DNA from: a candidate division FCPU426 bacterium
GTDB taxonomy: Bacteria; Oederibacteriota; Muellerivitia; Muellerivitales; Muellerivitaceae
DNA length: 64,000 nucleotides
NCBI GenBank assembly: GCA_963738405.1
Contig: CAVTWJ010000014.1
Location: 96,001-160,000 of the forward strand
Direction of reading: 5' to 3'
The position numbers were made by a program, and so were the translations under genes. Under the pieces are notes generated by a model. The model saw nothing but the letters and a program-made list of their open reading frames with translations. It had not been told where the DNA came from and searched no databases. Shown piece after piece: positions 1 through 9,692 of this stretch. Numbering within the stretch: the stretch's first letter is position 1; each line of letters opens with the position of its first letter.

Positions 1-153
1 GACGCTTTGCCCACGGTAGGATTCGGTGATTCCCTTCTGTTTGCCGTGCCCATGCACTTCGGCCACGGTCACGCCCGGATATCCCACGATTTTCAAACCA
101 TCCAGAACGGCCCGCAGAGCGCTGGGCCTTATCACCGCCTCGATTTTTTTCAT
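1..153 (-). CDS. glnK: P-II family nitrogen regulator (5' part only; runs off the window; not in the ORF track)
   Basis: Manual translation from ATG at 153 gives MKKIEAVIRPSALRAVLDGLKIVGYPGVTVAEVHGHGKQKGITESYRGQSV. AAGGAGG RBS upstream; lies directly downstream of amtB. Confidence 0.92.
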   Translation of the reverse strand, partial: MKKIEAVIRPSALRAVLDGLKIVGYPGVTVAEVHGHGKQKGITESYRGQSV

Positions 154-186
154 TTTTGTCCTCCTTCATGGTTTTGCATTTGGTTG

Positions 187-1563
187 TTAGAAGTTATAAC
201 CCTCTTCCCCATGCTGGGTGAGGTCCAGTCCCACTTCCTCTTCTCTCAAAGCCACCCGCATTCCGATCGTCTTTTCCACGATGAAATAAATCACTACGGT
301 GCAAAAAACCGAATAACCCGCCGTACAGGCCACCGTTTTGAGCTGGATGAAAAATTGCGCCGGATTGCCGGCAAACCATCCATCCGCGCCATTGAGGGGG
401 TTGATGGCCTTGAGGGCGAACAACCCGGTCGCCAAGGCGCCCCAAGTTCCGCCAACGCCGTGAACTCCGAAAGCATCCAGGGAATCGTCATAACCCATCT
501 TGACCTTCACTTGGATGGCCATATAGCAAAGGCACGAGACGACGATGCCAATGATCAATGAGGCCTTCACATCCACAAAACCGCAAGCCGGAGTGATGGC
601 CACCAAACCGGCCACCGCGCCGGAGGCCGCGCCCAAGGAAGTAGCTTTCCCGTGATGAAACATTTCGATAAGGCACCAGGTAATGGCGGCCATGGCGGTC
701 GCCGTGTTGGTCGTGACGAAGGCGTTACACGCCAAGGCATTGGCGGCTCCTGCGGAACCTGCGTTGAACCCGAACCAGCCGAACCAGAGAAGGCTGGCCC
801 CCAAAAGGACCAAGGTAAGGTTGTGGGGCACCATGGGAACCTTGCCATAGCCTTTTCGAGTTCCTAATAACAGAGCCAAGGTTAATGCGGAATATCCGGA
901 AGACATATGAACCACTGTACCGCCCGCGAAATCCAAAGCATCCTTGAAGAAACCACCGCCCCAAACCCAGTGGGCGATCGGGTCGTACACGAATGTCGCC
1001 CAAAGCAGTGAAAAGACCACGAAGCCCTTGAACTTTACCCTCTCCGCATAGGCGCCGCAGATCAAGGCCGGGGTGATGATGGCAAACATGGCCTGAAAAA
1101 TCATGAAGGCATAATGAGGAATGGTTGGGGCCGCCGGGTTCACTGCAGGCATGTTGTCGAGGAAGAGCCAGTTAAGACCTCCCCAATAACTGCCGCCCGG
1201 TGCAAAGGCCAGGGAGTAACCCCAAATGACCCATTGGACGCTAATCAAAGCCACGAGGAAAAAACTCTGCATGATGGTAGCCAGAACATTCTTCCTGCGC
1301 ACCATCCCGCCGTAAAAAAAGGCCAGGCCCGGCGTCATTAAAAGAACTAAAGCGGCTGAGGTTAAAACCCATGCCGTGTCTCCAGCGCTAATCTGCGGGG
1401 CGGCGTTTGCGGGCGACGCCAGTGTCACTCCCACAGAGGCCACGGCTGAAGCCGGAGCCGGTTGGGCTAAGGCCATGGTCGCCAGGCCCAGGGCAATAGC
1501 GGTCAGGGCCAAACTGAGCGCCTTTCCCCTTAATAACAGAGTAAAAGTTTTAAGAAAACTCAT
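187..1563 (-). CDS. amtB: Ammonium transporter AmtB (copy 1)
   Basis: Motifs GDTAW..LVLLMTPGLAFFYGGMVRRKN, FQAMFAIIT, DFAGGTVVH, LLWFGWFGFNAGS and DDSLDAFGVHG; twin His retained. Confidence 0.97.
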   Translation of the reverse strand: MSFLKTFTLLLRGKALSLALTAIALGLATMALAQPAPASAVASVGVTLASPANAAPQISAGDTAWVLTSAALVLLMTPGLAFFYGGMVRRKNVLATIMQSFFLVALISVQWVIWGYSLAFAPGGSYWGGLNWLFLDNMPAVNPAAPTIPHYAFMIFQAMFAIITPALICGAYAERVKFKGFVVFSLLWATFVYDPIAHWVWGGGFFKDALDFAGGTVVHMSSGYSALTLALLLGTRKGYGKVPMVPHNLTLVLLGASLLWFGWFGFNAGSAGAANALACNAFVTTNTATAMAAITWCLIEMFHHGKATSLGAASGAVAGLVAITPACGFVDVKASLIIGIVVSCLCYMAIQVKVKMGYDDSLDAFGVHGVGGTWGALATGLFALKAINPLNGADGWFAGNPAQFFIQLKTVACTAGYSVFCTVVIYFIVEKTIGMRVALREEEVGLDLTQHGEEGYNF

Positions 1564-1809
1564 TCTTCTGTCTCCTTTAATATAATGGATCTTCTCCTGG
1601 GGTAAAAAACGGATGCGAAAAAGCGAATTTCCAGCAAAGCCAAAGGATAATAGCCGAGCCGCCTAATCTCCGAATATGTTTTAAAATACATTTAGAAAAT
1701 AATTGTATAGACAACCACGTAAAGTCCTTCACGTATTTCTAAACATCAATTTCTTACGCAATTTCGATCATTTGTGGAATGATTGGTCGACTTTGAATTA
1801 AGGAAAATC

Positions 1810-2874
1810 ATGAAAACTGAAATTTTGTTCGAAAATGCCGCAAAAGCCAGAATTTCTTCCCAATTTAAAAAAGCTCAAACCCTGTATAACTCCTTGATGC
1901 GTGCCCCATTGAATCCCCTTGAAAAGGCAGAAGCATATCTTGGTCTCGCGGATGTGGAGCGAATCCAAGGTGATTTTCGTTCTTCGCTTATTCACTATGT
2001 TGCGGCTCAAAAACTGTTGAAAAAGGGTCACGATCATTTGGGCTTCACAGACGCCCAAGTGGGTTGGGCCCTGGCGGCCCGGGCCATCGGAAGACCCCAG
2101 GAAGCCCTGAAACACTTGGAGTCGGCCCTTCCCATATATAAAAGGGAAAAGGATCAACAGGGTGAGGCTTTTGTCCATTGGGCCTTAGGGGGGACCTACC
2201 GTATCGCTGGGATAATGAAGAAAGGCCTGCGGGAACTTCAAACCGCTTTAGGTCTTTACCAACAAATCAAAGACCCCGAGGGCCAAGCCTATACCTGCTG
2301 TGCCCTTGGGGGTATTTACCGCATGTTAGGCCAGTACGCGAAATCTGGAAAATATTACCGTGAAGCCAACCGCCGAATGAGAGAGCGTAAGGATACCTTC
2401 GGGATTGCTTATTCTTATTGCGGGCTGGGCAATGTGGAACGCATGGCGGGGCGGTTCCACCAAGCCCTTCCTTTTTACCGAAAGGCTGAGAAACTTTATG
2501 GAACCATCGGGGACAAAGTCAGTTACGCCTATACCCTCTGGTCCATTGGCACTACCCAAAAAATGTTGGGAAATTATCCTGAAGCCCATAAGGCTTTCCG
2601 TGGCGCGGACAAACTTTTTATCACTACTGGGGACACCCGAGGCCGCATCTATACATTATTAGGATTCGCCGAAGTCTATTGGTTGGAAGGATATCCCGCC
2701 AAAGGATTTAGCTATTGGAATAAAGCCAAAATCATCTCGGACAAAAGTGGTTTCGCCTGGGAAAAACTTCATGTGGAGGCCCTCAAAGACGGGCAGGTAA
2801 ACCCACTGATCAAAAAATATCAAGGAGCAGGTTCCCAATTTCATCCGGGTTCATTCCCCGTTAACTGGCCCTAA
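1810..2874 (+). CDS. Tetratricopeptide repeat protein (about 40-aa MalT/TPR_12-like repeats)
   Basis: Repeated D..G.AY...LG..YR..G....A...Y..A..L units; ATG at 1810 preceded by AAGGAAA. Confidence 0.8.
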   Translation: MKTEILFENAAKARISSQFKKAQTLYNSLMRAPLNPLEKAEAYLGLADVERIQGDFRSSLIHYVAAQKLLKKGHDHLGFTDAQVGWALAARAIGRPQEALKHLESALPIYKREKDQQGEAFVHWALGGTYRIAGIMKKGLRELQTALGLYQQIKDPEGQAYTCCALGGIYRMLGQYAKSGKYYREANRRMRERKDTFGIAYSYCGLGNVERMAGRFHQALPFYRKAEKLYGTIGDKVSYAYTLWSIGTTQKMLGNYPEAHKAFRGADKLFITTGDTRGRIYTLLGFAEVYWLEGYPAKGFSYWNKAKIISDKSGFAWEKLHVEALKDGQVNPLIKKYQGAGSQFHPGSFPVNWP

Positions 2875-2891
2875 CATTTACTAGTGCCGCA

Positions 2892-2936
2892 AAACAAAAA
2901 GCCTGTCGGGAATTCCCAACAGGCTTTTTGTTTTTA
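2892..2936. terminator. Bidirectional intrinsic terminator
   Basis: aaaacaaaaagcctgtcgggaa-ttcccaacaggctttttgtttt inverted repeat between convergent genes. Confidence 0.8.
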
Positions 2937-2948
2937 AACCCGTTTCTT

Positions 2949-3869
2949 TTATTCAGAAACCAACACTGATCCTGCTTCCAAAGCCGCGATGCGTTTCTCC
3001 AAAGGAGGATGGCTAGCCAATAGGGCCATAAAGCCCCCATCCCGGCTAGAAATTTTGAAGGCGTTCATAGTCGCAGGCTCTTGAACCGCCGGAGCGGGTC
3101 TTTCATAAACCCTTTGCAGGGCCTTCAAGGCATTAATCATTTTGTTCTTGCCCGCCAGTTTGGCTCCCCCAGCGTCTGCCCTGAATTCCCTCCAGCGAGA
3201 AAAGGGCATGGTCACTAGGACGGCTCCTAACAAGCAAAGCACCATTTCCAATAGCGAACGCACCATATATTGCATGAAATACCCGCCTGATTTCCCATCC
3301 CTGCTTCGGGTGAGGAAAAAGGTGATGACGTAGGCCAGAAACATGGCGAAGGAGTTCACCACGCCCTGCACCAGGGTCATCGTCACCATATCTCCGTTGT
3401 GGACGTGGGTCAGTTCGTGGCCGAGCACCCCCTCAATTTCATCTTTTCCCATCGCGCTAAAAAGCCCGGTCGAAACGCAAACTAAAGAGCTGTCTTTACC
3501 CGGGCCGGTGGCAAAAGCGTTTGGGTCCGGGCTTTGGTAAACCCCAACCTCGGGCATTTTCGTGAGGCCGGCGTTTTTAGCGAGACGGTGGACCGTATCG
3601 AGCAACCACTGTTCTTCCGCTGAACCCGGGTTTTCCGGATTGACCACCTTCACCCCCATGGTCCACTTCACCATGACTTTCGAGAGCAGAAGTGAGAGAA
3701 AGGACCCACCCATGCCCCAAATCAGGCAGAAGCCCATCAAAACGGGATAATTAATCCCCTGGGCATTGAGGGTGGGCCATAAGCCTAAAACAGAAATCAG
3801 TAAGGTAATGGTGAACATCACTAAAACGTTCACAGCGATAAACAAAAATATCCTGCGGAACCAAGCCAT
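2949..3869 (-). CDS. htpX: Membrane zinc metalloprotease HtpX (M48)
   Basis: PNAFATG, HELTHVHNGDMVTMTLVQGVVN, FSRWREFRADAGGA and SHPPLEKRI. Confidence 0.95.
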   Translation of the reverse strand: MAWFRRIFLFIAVNVLVMFTITLLISVLGLWPTLNAQGINYPVLMGFCLIWGMGGSFLSLLLSKVMVKWTMGVKVVNPENPGSAEEQWLLDTVHRLAKNAGLTKMPEVGVYQSPDPNAFATGPGKDSSLVCVSTGLFSAMGKDEIEGVLGHELTHVHNGDMVTMTLVQGVVNSFAMFLAYVITFFLTRSRDGKSGGYFMQYMVRSLLEMVLCLLGAVLVTMPFSRWREFRADAGGAKLAGKNKMINALKALQRVYERPAPAVQEPATMNAFKISSRDGGFMALLASHPPLEKRIAALEAGSVLVSE

Positions 3870-3998
3870 GGAAAGCCTCCAAGAACAGGTTGAGAAAATG
3901 CCCGAAAAAATATTTTCAGGACCCTGACAAGTTACAAACCCCGAAGGGTCATTTCAAGGCTTATGGGTCGCGACAAACGCTTGTCTTTTACAAGCTTG

Positions 3999-4691
3999 TT
4001 AACGATTTGCGGGGATTAATTTCTTTAGGAATTCAGATACCGCGGCCAGTGAATCTTCCGTAATGGTGTGGGGCATGGGAAATTCCCGAAGTAGCGGTTG
4101 ATAGCCGGCCTTCTCCAACTCTTCCTTAACCTTTCGGGAACCTTCAACCGGCACCACCGGGTCCTCGGTTCCATGAACGAGAAGAATGGGAGTTTCAAAG
4201 GGCGCTTCAGCTTTTTTCAAGGTGGCCCAGGGGTCGGGCAAATAACCGCTCATGGAGACAATCCCTAGAATCTTCCCTTTATAGTTCAAACCGCTTTCCA
4301 AGGACATCACCCCGCCCTGGGAAAAACCCATCACCACCAATGGGCTGGTTTGCTTTTCTTTTTCAGGCCCGGGACGAAGGTTCGGATCGTTGGTAAAACG
4401 GTCGAAGACCTTAAAAAGATAATCCCGGCTTTCCTCAATCTGTTTTCGGTCATGGATTTGGAAGTCGTACCAAGCGAAGGCCGTATCGGGGTAGCCGTTC
4501 AACAATAGGGGAGCGTCCGGGAAAACCAACCGGCATCCAGTCAATGCCAGTTCCCCCGCAACCGGAACCAAGTCATCACCATTGGTTCCTAGGCCATGCA
4601 ACACTACAACAATCGGGGCGTTGGCCGGAACAATCGGAGGATCCATCACTAGGCATCGGTGCCTCTGAACGGTAACTTCGGAAGTGATCAT
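3999..4691 (-). CDS. Phospholipase/carboxylesterase (alpha/beta hydrolase)
   Basis: LHGLG, GFSQGG nucleophile elbow, HGTEDPVVP and PHTI triad motifs. Confidence 0.9.
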   Translation of the reverse strand: MITSEVTVQRHRCLVMDPPIVPANAPIVVVLHGLGTNGDDLVPVAGELALTGCRLVFPDAPLLLNGYPDTAFAWYDFQIHDRKQIEESRDYLFKVFDRFTNDPNLRPGPEKEKQTSPLVVMGFSQGGVMSLESGLNYKGKILGIVSMSGYLPDPWATLKKAEAPFETPILLVHGTEDPVVPVEGSRKVKEELEKAGYQPLLREFPMPHTITEDSLAAVSEFLKKLIPANR

Positions 4692-4703
4692 TGCGCCCCC
4701 CCA

Positions 4704-5579
4704 TCAGGAATTAGATTTAAGCGCGTCCAGGGCTGCTTCCCTTACCTTTAAATCCTCGTCGTTTTTGCTAAGGTCGCGCACCTTCAGCATAAGCATGGGA
4801 TCGGGCAGGGCCTTGAAACCCTCAATCGCGGCCAGCTTGGCGGACTGCACCATTTCATCAGCTGCCTTGCCGGAAGTTTGGAGATTCAACATATCCAGCA
4901 AAGTCGGAACCGATTTGACGTCTTTCAACCGGGCCAAAGCCACAGCCGAATCGTAACGCAGAGGGAGGTTGGTATTGGCCAACTCATTTTCAAGAGCTTC
5001 CTTCGCCGGGGCGTATTGCAGGGCGCTTAGGGCGCCGACCGCCATGCGTTGAACACCCGGGTCCGGGTCAGAAAGGGCCGCCAATGCAGCAGATCCCCCC
5101 GCAGGGTCTTCGATATTGCCTAGGGCCCACAGACTGTAAACCCTTACGTCAATGGATTCATCCGTAACGGCCTCGGATAAAGCGGGCACCGCCGATTTTT
5201 CCTTGAGCCGTCCCAGCACCAGGGCCAAGTATTGACGGATGCGTGGATCGTCCTTTTTGCTGTCGGCGAAGGTTTCAACCAACTGGGTCCTAAGATTCTG
5301 GTCCATCTCGATGTTCTCGCCCTGATTCAAAATGCGGGAAAGCTCAAAGGCCGCCTGCCAGCGGTGATTGGTGTTGTCGCTGCGCAGTTCCTGCAGGTAC
5401 TGCTCAGCGGATTTGGGATGTTGGAGGGCCATGGATCCCAGGAAAAAAATTCCCAGCGCCACCAGTACGATGGCGGCGGGGACAATGAAGAGCTTGATGA
5501 ACAAGGACCAGCCCGTTTCGGGTGCATAGAGGGGCCCTTCTCCTCCCGGTACTGTGGATGTTTTTTGTTTTTCAGCCAT
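4704..5579 (-). CDS. Membrane-anchored HEAT-repeat protein
   Basis: One N-terminal TM helix then HEAT/PBS-lyase repeats (D.D..VR..A..ALG). Start at MAEKQK overlaps the upstream stop. Confidence 0.8.
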   Translation of the reverse strand: MAEKQKTSTVPGGEGPLYAPETGWSLFIKLFIVPAAIVLVALGIFFLGSMALQHPKSAEQYLQELRSDNTNHRWQAAFELSRILNQGENIEMDQNLRTQLVETFADSKKDDPRIRQYLALVLGRLKEKSAVPALSEAVTDESIDVRVYSLWALGNIEDPAGGSAALAALSDPDPGVQRMAVGALSALQYAPAKEALENELANTNLPLRYDSAVALARLKDVKSVPTLLDMLNLQTSGKAADEMVQSAKLAAIEGFKALPDPMLMLKVRDLSKNDEDLKVREAALDALKSNS

Positions 5580-6051
5580 GTTTTTTTTCCTTATTTTCAG
5601 GTGTTGAACGGCTTTTTTTGGGAAAGGCGTATTTGTCATGGACCGTCAAGTCAAATCCCTTGTGGTCCGGCGAGAAGGGCAGACCCCTATAAATCGCCCT
5701 GCAGTCGTAACATTCCACCACATCCGGAAGAAAAAAGTACAAGATTAAGTCCAAGGCTGCCCCAGCAATGAGAATTGGAAAAAACCATTTCTCAAAAACA
5801 AGCGCCAGGACAAAGATGAGAACAACCGTCCACAGGCCCAGTTTAGTATTGAAATCCTTGAGGCGGTAAAACTCCTCACATCCGCAAAGGCCGCACTTGG
5901 CGATGGACCCGTCTTTCCCGAATTTTCCTTTTCCTTGGGCCTTTCTTCCTTTACTGCAACGCGTACATGGAACCAGCCCCGGTTTGGGAAGATTGGAAAG
6001 AAATAGCCCATTTTCACATTCAGGGCAAAAGGTGTTAATTTCCATCGCCAT
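5572..6051 (-). CDS. Cys-rich zinc-ribbon membrane protein
   Basis: CPEC, CTRC, CGLC and CYDC pairs around two TM helices; TAATG coupling with the upstream gene at 6051. Confidence 0.7.
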   Translation of the reverse strand: MAMEINTFCPECENGLFLSNLPKPGLVPCTRCSKGRKAQGKGKFGKDGSIAKCGLCGCEEFYRLKDFNTKLGLWTVVLIFVLALVFEKWFFPILIAGAALDLILYFFLPDVVECYDCRAIYRGLPFSPDHKGFDLTVHDKYAFPKKSRSTPENKEKKHG

Positions 6052-6842
6052 TAAAAAGGAACTCCCGTGGATAGGGTCAGGAACAGCCCCATGCCTTCTC
6101 CAATAATGGTACAAACCATGGCCGCGTAAAGGATGCCCGTGGCCGATTGGGTGGATTTGATCTTGACCGTTCCCCAAATAAAGTAAGCTGCCGCTAGGGG
6201 GGCCAAGACTCCCCAGGTCACCCGAAAGAGGGCGAATACCATGTCTTCACCCATGAGCAAAGTTCCCCCGGGGGTAAGGGGCTGTTGGCCCCAGCCCACG
6301 AAAAGGTGATAGCTCAAGACCAGTTTCAGGGCCGTAAAAGCCGTCAGAAGAATATAGGCCGCGGAGTAACGCTTCAAGGGCGTGATGGACAATTTAGGGG
6401 TTACCAGATACCAGTGGCCTAGCATCATGGCTAGGATCCCCGCTCCCAGGACAAGCGCGGAGGTAAGGGCGTGAAAGCCAAGGTATAAGGAAGCTTGCGA
6501 TTCCCGCCAGGGAAAGAAACCCAACCCTGCCCCGCCGGTAACGACCGCAAGGAAATAAGCGGACCATATCAGAAACCTCACCCTCGCTTTAAGGGCCGCG
6601 GCAAAGCACAGGGTAAAAAATAAAGAGGCACCCAAGGCCCATATCCCGGAACCGTAAGTATCACTCAAGCCTTTGCCACCATAAAACGCCAACCCAACCG
6701 AAAGGATGTCGAGTGACACGCAGAGAAAACCGAAGAAACGATAAAAGCCTTGTCCGATTTCCTTGAGGGAAACCAAAGGCATGAGGGCCAAACATCCCCA
6801 AGCCAGATAGCCGAAATATAAGAACGCGATTTTGAGGATCAA
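6051..6842 (-). CDS. Polytopic membrane protein (about 8 TM), function unknown
   Basis: Hydrophobic helices; conserved-looking MMLGHWYL and SATGILY motifs; first gene of a coupled operon. Confidence 0.7.
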   Translation of the reverse strand: MILKIAFLYFGYLAWGCLALMPLVSLKEIGQGFYRFFGFLCVSLDILSVGLAFYGGKGLSDTYGSGIWALGASLFFTLCFAAALKARVRFLIWSAYFLAVVTGGAGLGFFPWRESQASLYLGFHALTSALVLGAGILAMMLGHWYLVTPKLSITPLKRYSAAYILLTAFTALKLVLSYHLFVGWGQQPLTPGGTLLMGEDMVFALFRVTWGVLAPLAAAYFIWGTVKIKSTQSATGILYAAMVCTIIGEGMGLFLTLSTGVPF

Positions 6843-6971
6843 TGAAACGGCCTTCCAAATAAAATCAATGTTTTATAAAACAAAAGGGCACGGTTGCCCG
6901 TACCCCTTTTGTGTTCCTGGTTTTTGTCTTTGTCTAACTGCGAGCCGCCAACTTCCGAAGGTGGCCTGTTT

Positions 6972-7424
6972 TTAATGTTGGTACCCGTCGAAACGCGGCA
7001 TCATGATGAACTTGCGCCAATCGCCGCCATGAGCGAGAACCGCGTACATTTCTTTGGCGTTGAACTTTTCCTTCGGGAAAAGATAAACCATGGCTTGAAT
7101 TTTTTCGCCCGTTCCTGAAACGGTTACTTCCCTTACTTCCCTCATCAGGCGGCTTGATTGGGGCGCCTCGGGGCGGTAACCCTCTTGCGCGTCAATGATC
7201 GCCATCACTTCGTCCAATTCCTCAAAACTCATCACTTCGCCGTAAACCGTACCGCCCGCTTCCTCAACAACCAGGGGTAATCCCGTCGGGAGCTGGTAAA
7301 GCTTGCCCGGCATTTCGGCCCTAGCCCAGGTCTTAATATAGGGGGCGATTTTGAGGTGTTTGACAGCGTCCTTCAAAAAGACGTCGTAAACGAATACATA
7401 AGAGGCGGGATAGGTTTGGGCCAT
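6972..7424 (-). CDS. Gamma-glutamylcyclotransferase/AIG2-like protein
   Basis: YVFVY, GKLY, VYGEV, D..EGY and AMVY pattern; GGAGG RBS. Confidence 0.75.
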   Translation of the reverse strand: MAQTYPASYVFVYDVFLKDAVKHLKIAPYIKTWARAEMPGKLYQLPTGLPLVVEEAGGTVYGEVMSFEELDEVMAIIDAQEGYRPEAPQSSRLMREVREVTVSGTGEKIQAMVYLFPKEKFNAKEMYAVLAHGGDWRKFIMMPRFDGYQH

Positions 7425-7526
7425 GCGATCAACCTCCAGGTGGTAAAACGTGGCCGTATCGTACTAAAAACCAAAATAAATTGAAATAACGGGGAGGAGA
7501 CAAGATTTTGAATTTGATTCGGAGAG

Positions 7527-7898
7527 TTATTTCTTTAGGGGTTTTACCGCTTTTTCCTTCATGGAAATGGCCTTGGGGCCACGTTCACCGGTACGGATGC
7601 GGATGGCGTTTTTGATTTCGATGATGAAGATTTTACCATCCCCCATTTCGCCCGTGTGGGCGCCCCTGAGGATGGCGTTAATAACCGCGTTCAGATGACG
7701 TTTCTCAACCACAATTTCCAGTTTGGTTTTGGGTAGAAAATTAACCCTGAGTGAATCGGGCCAACCCGAATGGAGCCCCTTTTGGCGGCCATGACCTTCC
7801 ATTTCGGTCACCATCATGCCTGGGTAGCCGATGCGGTGAAGCTTTCCCTGAACCGCTTCTAATTTTTCAGGACGGATAATGGCTTCGATTTTATACAT
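7527..7898 (-). CDS. P-II family protein with an atypical T-loop
   Basis: MYKIEAIIRPEKL, GHGRQKG, FLPKTKLEIVV and TGEMGDGKIF..IRIRTGE. Confidence 0.93.
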   Translation of the reverse strand: MYKIEAIIRPEKLEAVQGKLHRIGYPGMMVTEMEGHGRQKGLHSGWPDSLRVNFLPKTKLEIVVEKRHLNAVINAILRGAHTGEMGDGKIFIIEIKNAIRIRTGERGPKAISMKEKAVKPLKK

Positions 7899-7951
7899 AC
7901 CCCACCTCTACCCGGGTCGTATTTTCTGATTTCTAAAAGCCCTAAAAACAA

Positions 7952-7987
7952 CAGGGGAGCCGACCTTGGCCGGGCCGGCTCCCCTGC
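7952..7987 (-). terminator. GC-rich hairpin between porin and P-II (terminator or processing site)
   Basis: caggggagccg...cggctcccctg stem followed on the minus strand by TTGTTTTT. Confidence 0.55.
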
Positions 7988-8148
7988 CCCAGAGGGAGAG
8001 AGAGTGAATGAAAACAGATTAAATATTTTCTCTCATCGCCCTCGAGCTATCTTGCTTTTTACTGTAGGAAAAGGCTCTTTCATTCTTGAAGCCTTTTCCC
8101 CCAGGCCCGGCGTTTCCACCGGGCATCCAGGAGAAACTTTACTAAACC

Positions 8149-9283
8149 TTAGAACGTATAGGCCACGCTGGCGGTCCCGGTTCCTTGGCTGGAAGTCGGA
8201 GAACCGACCGTGTTCGTCGCGAATGCCATATCAGAAGCACCGTTATAGCTGGCGATATCGATCCGGCCTTCCAAACGGGCAATCATGTTCGGGGTAAAGT
8301 CATGCTCCAGCGTCAAAGTAATTTCTTTGCCGTTATAAGCATTTCCGGAAGCATCTCCATTACCGTAAAGACCGATGGTGTTGTTGTTGGAGTCAGTCAA
8401 GGTTTCCAAACGGAGAGCTAAACTATAATCGCTCGCCATCATGTATTTGCCATACAGAGCAAATCCATAATAGCTAGATGCCGTCGCACCGGAAGGAACG
8501 GTGTTGCTTCCTAGCTGAGAATCCAAAGCAAAGGACCAGTTGGAATCCGGTTTGTAACCGATGATCAACTCACCAGTGGCAGATGATTGGGTCGAACCAT
8601 CCACTCCGCTGAACGGTGGGCCCAATGATTCCATTTAAAATGAAATTCCATGTGGAATCAGGGGTTAGCGTCGCTTCCAACCCATAGGTTTTACCCAACA
8701 GCGAAGTTCCGGTCGTGTTATTGCCGTCCGTAACATAGCCGGTAATTCCAAAGGTTGAGGAAGGCGCATAATTCGCGCTAAAGCCCGTGTGCCAATAGGG
8801 CAAGACCCCAAACAACAGCGAATGGCTGTAGTTCATGTTCCCGGTACTCTCAATCACCTCATATCCCATCCAGGTGACGAATTTTCCGAAATTGAACGTC
8901 CATTGACCCGGGTTGTAGGAAACATAGGCCTGTAACACATCAATTCCCGGAGCAGCTCCAATCGCCAACGAGGTTTCCTCGCCATAAGCTAAAACCAAAT
9001 GACCGCTGGCGGCACCTTGAGTGGCCGTCGCCTTTATTTCCGCCAACCCCAATGTGTAGGCATTGGAAGCGGAGTTGTACCAATATCCGTTGGTTGAATT
9101 AACGGTCGGGTTGGTGAAATTGTACGAATAATAAGCATCCACCAATCCATCCACCGTCACCACCGGGGTCGGCACCGGCGTAGGCGTAGCCGAAGCGGCC
9201 GCCGTCTGCGCCAAAACTGGAGCCACCGCGCTCGAGAGCGCGATCGAGGCCAATAAACTGAACAGCTTTTTGAACTTACTCAT
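8149..9283 (-). pseudogene. Outer-membrane porin (BBP2/DUF1597-like) split by a +1 frameshift near 8615-8625; pseudogene or sequence error
   Basis: ORF 8570-9283 has a signal peptide, VDAYYSYNF and GKFVTWMGYEVIESTGNMNYS. ORF 8149-8634 continues the barrel (RLEGRID) and ends in YTF. Confidence 0.8.
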
Positions 9284-9368
9284 CTCTTCCTCCTTGAAAT
9301 ATTTCTTCTCAAACAACGAAGGGCAACTCAGGGAAGTGCCATTCGTCCATCAACACGCACAAACGAAA

Positions 9369-9384
9369 AGCAAACAACGTGCCA
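9369..9384 (-). promoter_or_regulatory. Sigma54 (-24/-12) promoter of the porin-P-II unit
   Basis: Minus strand TGGCAC-GTTGT-TTGCT matches the consensus TGGCAC-N5-TTGC(A/T). Confidence 0.85.
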
Positions 9385-9692
9385 CATGTTTTAAACCCAA
9401 AAAGCCTTAAAATTGTATTAATTAAAGGGGTTTAGGCAATCAGGTGTATACAATTTTGTAACTTTGTACATTTTGAATTCCGAGCAACATTTCTGTTTTT
9501 GACTGAGTTTTTAAAATATTTGGGCCCAAAAGACCCGCTAAAGGTCAAAACAAACGCTTGGAAGAGTTCTTTATTTCAATAATCCTTCATACACATTAAA
9601 GGTGATGGCTTAAAACCTCAATTTATTGTGAGTATCCTGGGAATGCTATAAAGTGGAAAAAACTTTCTAAACAAAAATAATCCGAGGCCTCT

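Noticed and set aside
7..561. 184-aa plus-strand ORF
   Set aside because: Antisense shadow of amtB and glnK.
1564..1800. Sigma54 promoter for amtB1
   Set aside because: No TGGCAC-N5-TTGC-like element with correct spacing found by eye.
8570..8572. Selenocysteine or stop-codon readthrough at the porin TGA
   Set aside because: The continuation lies in a different frame, so readthrough cannot join the halves.
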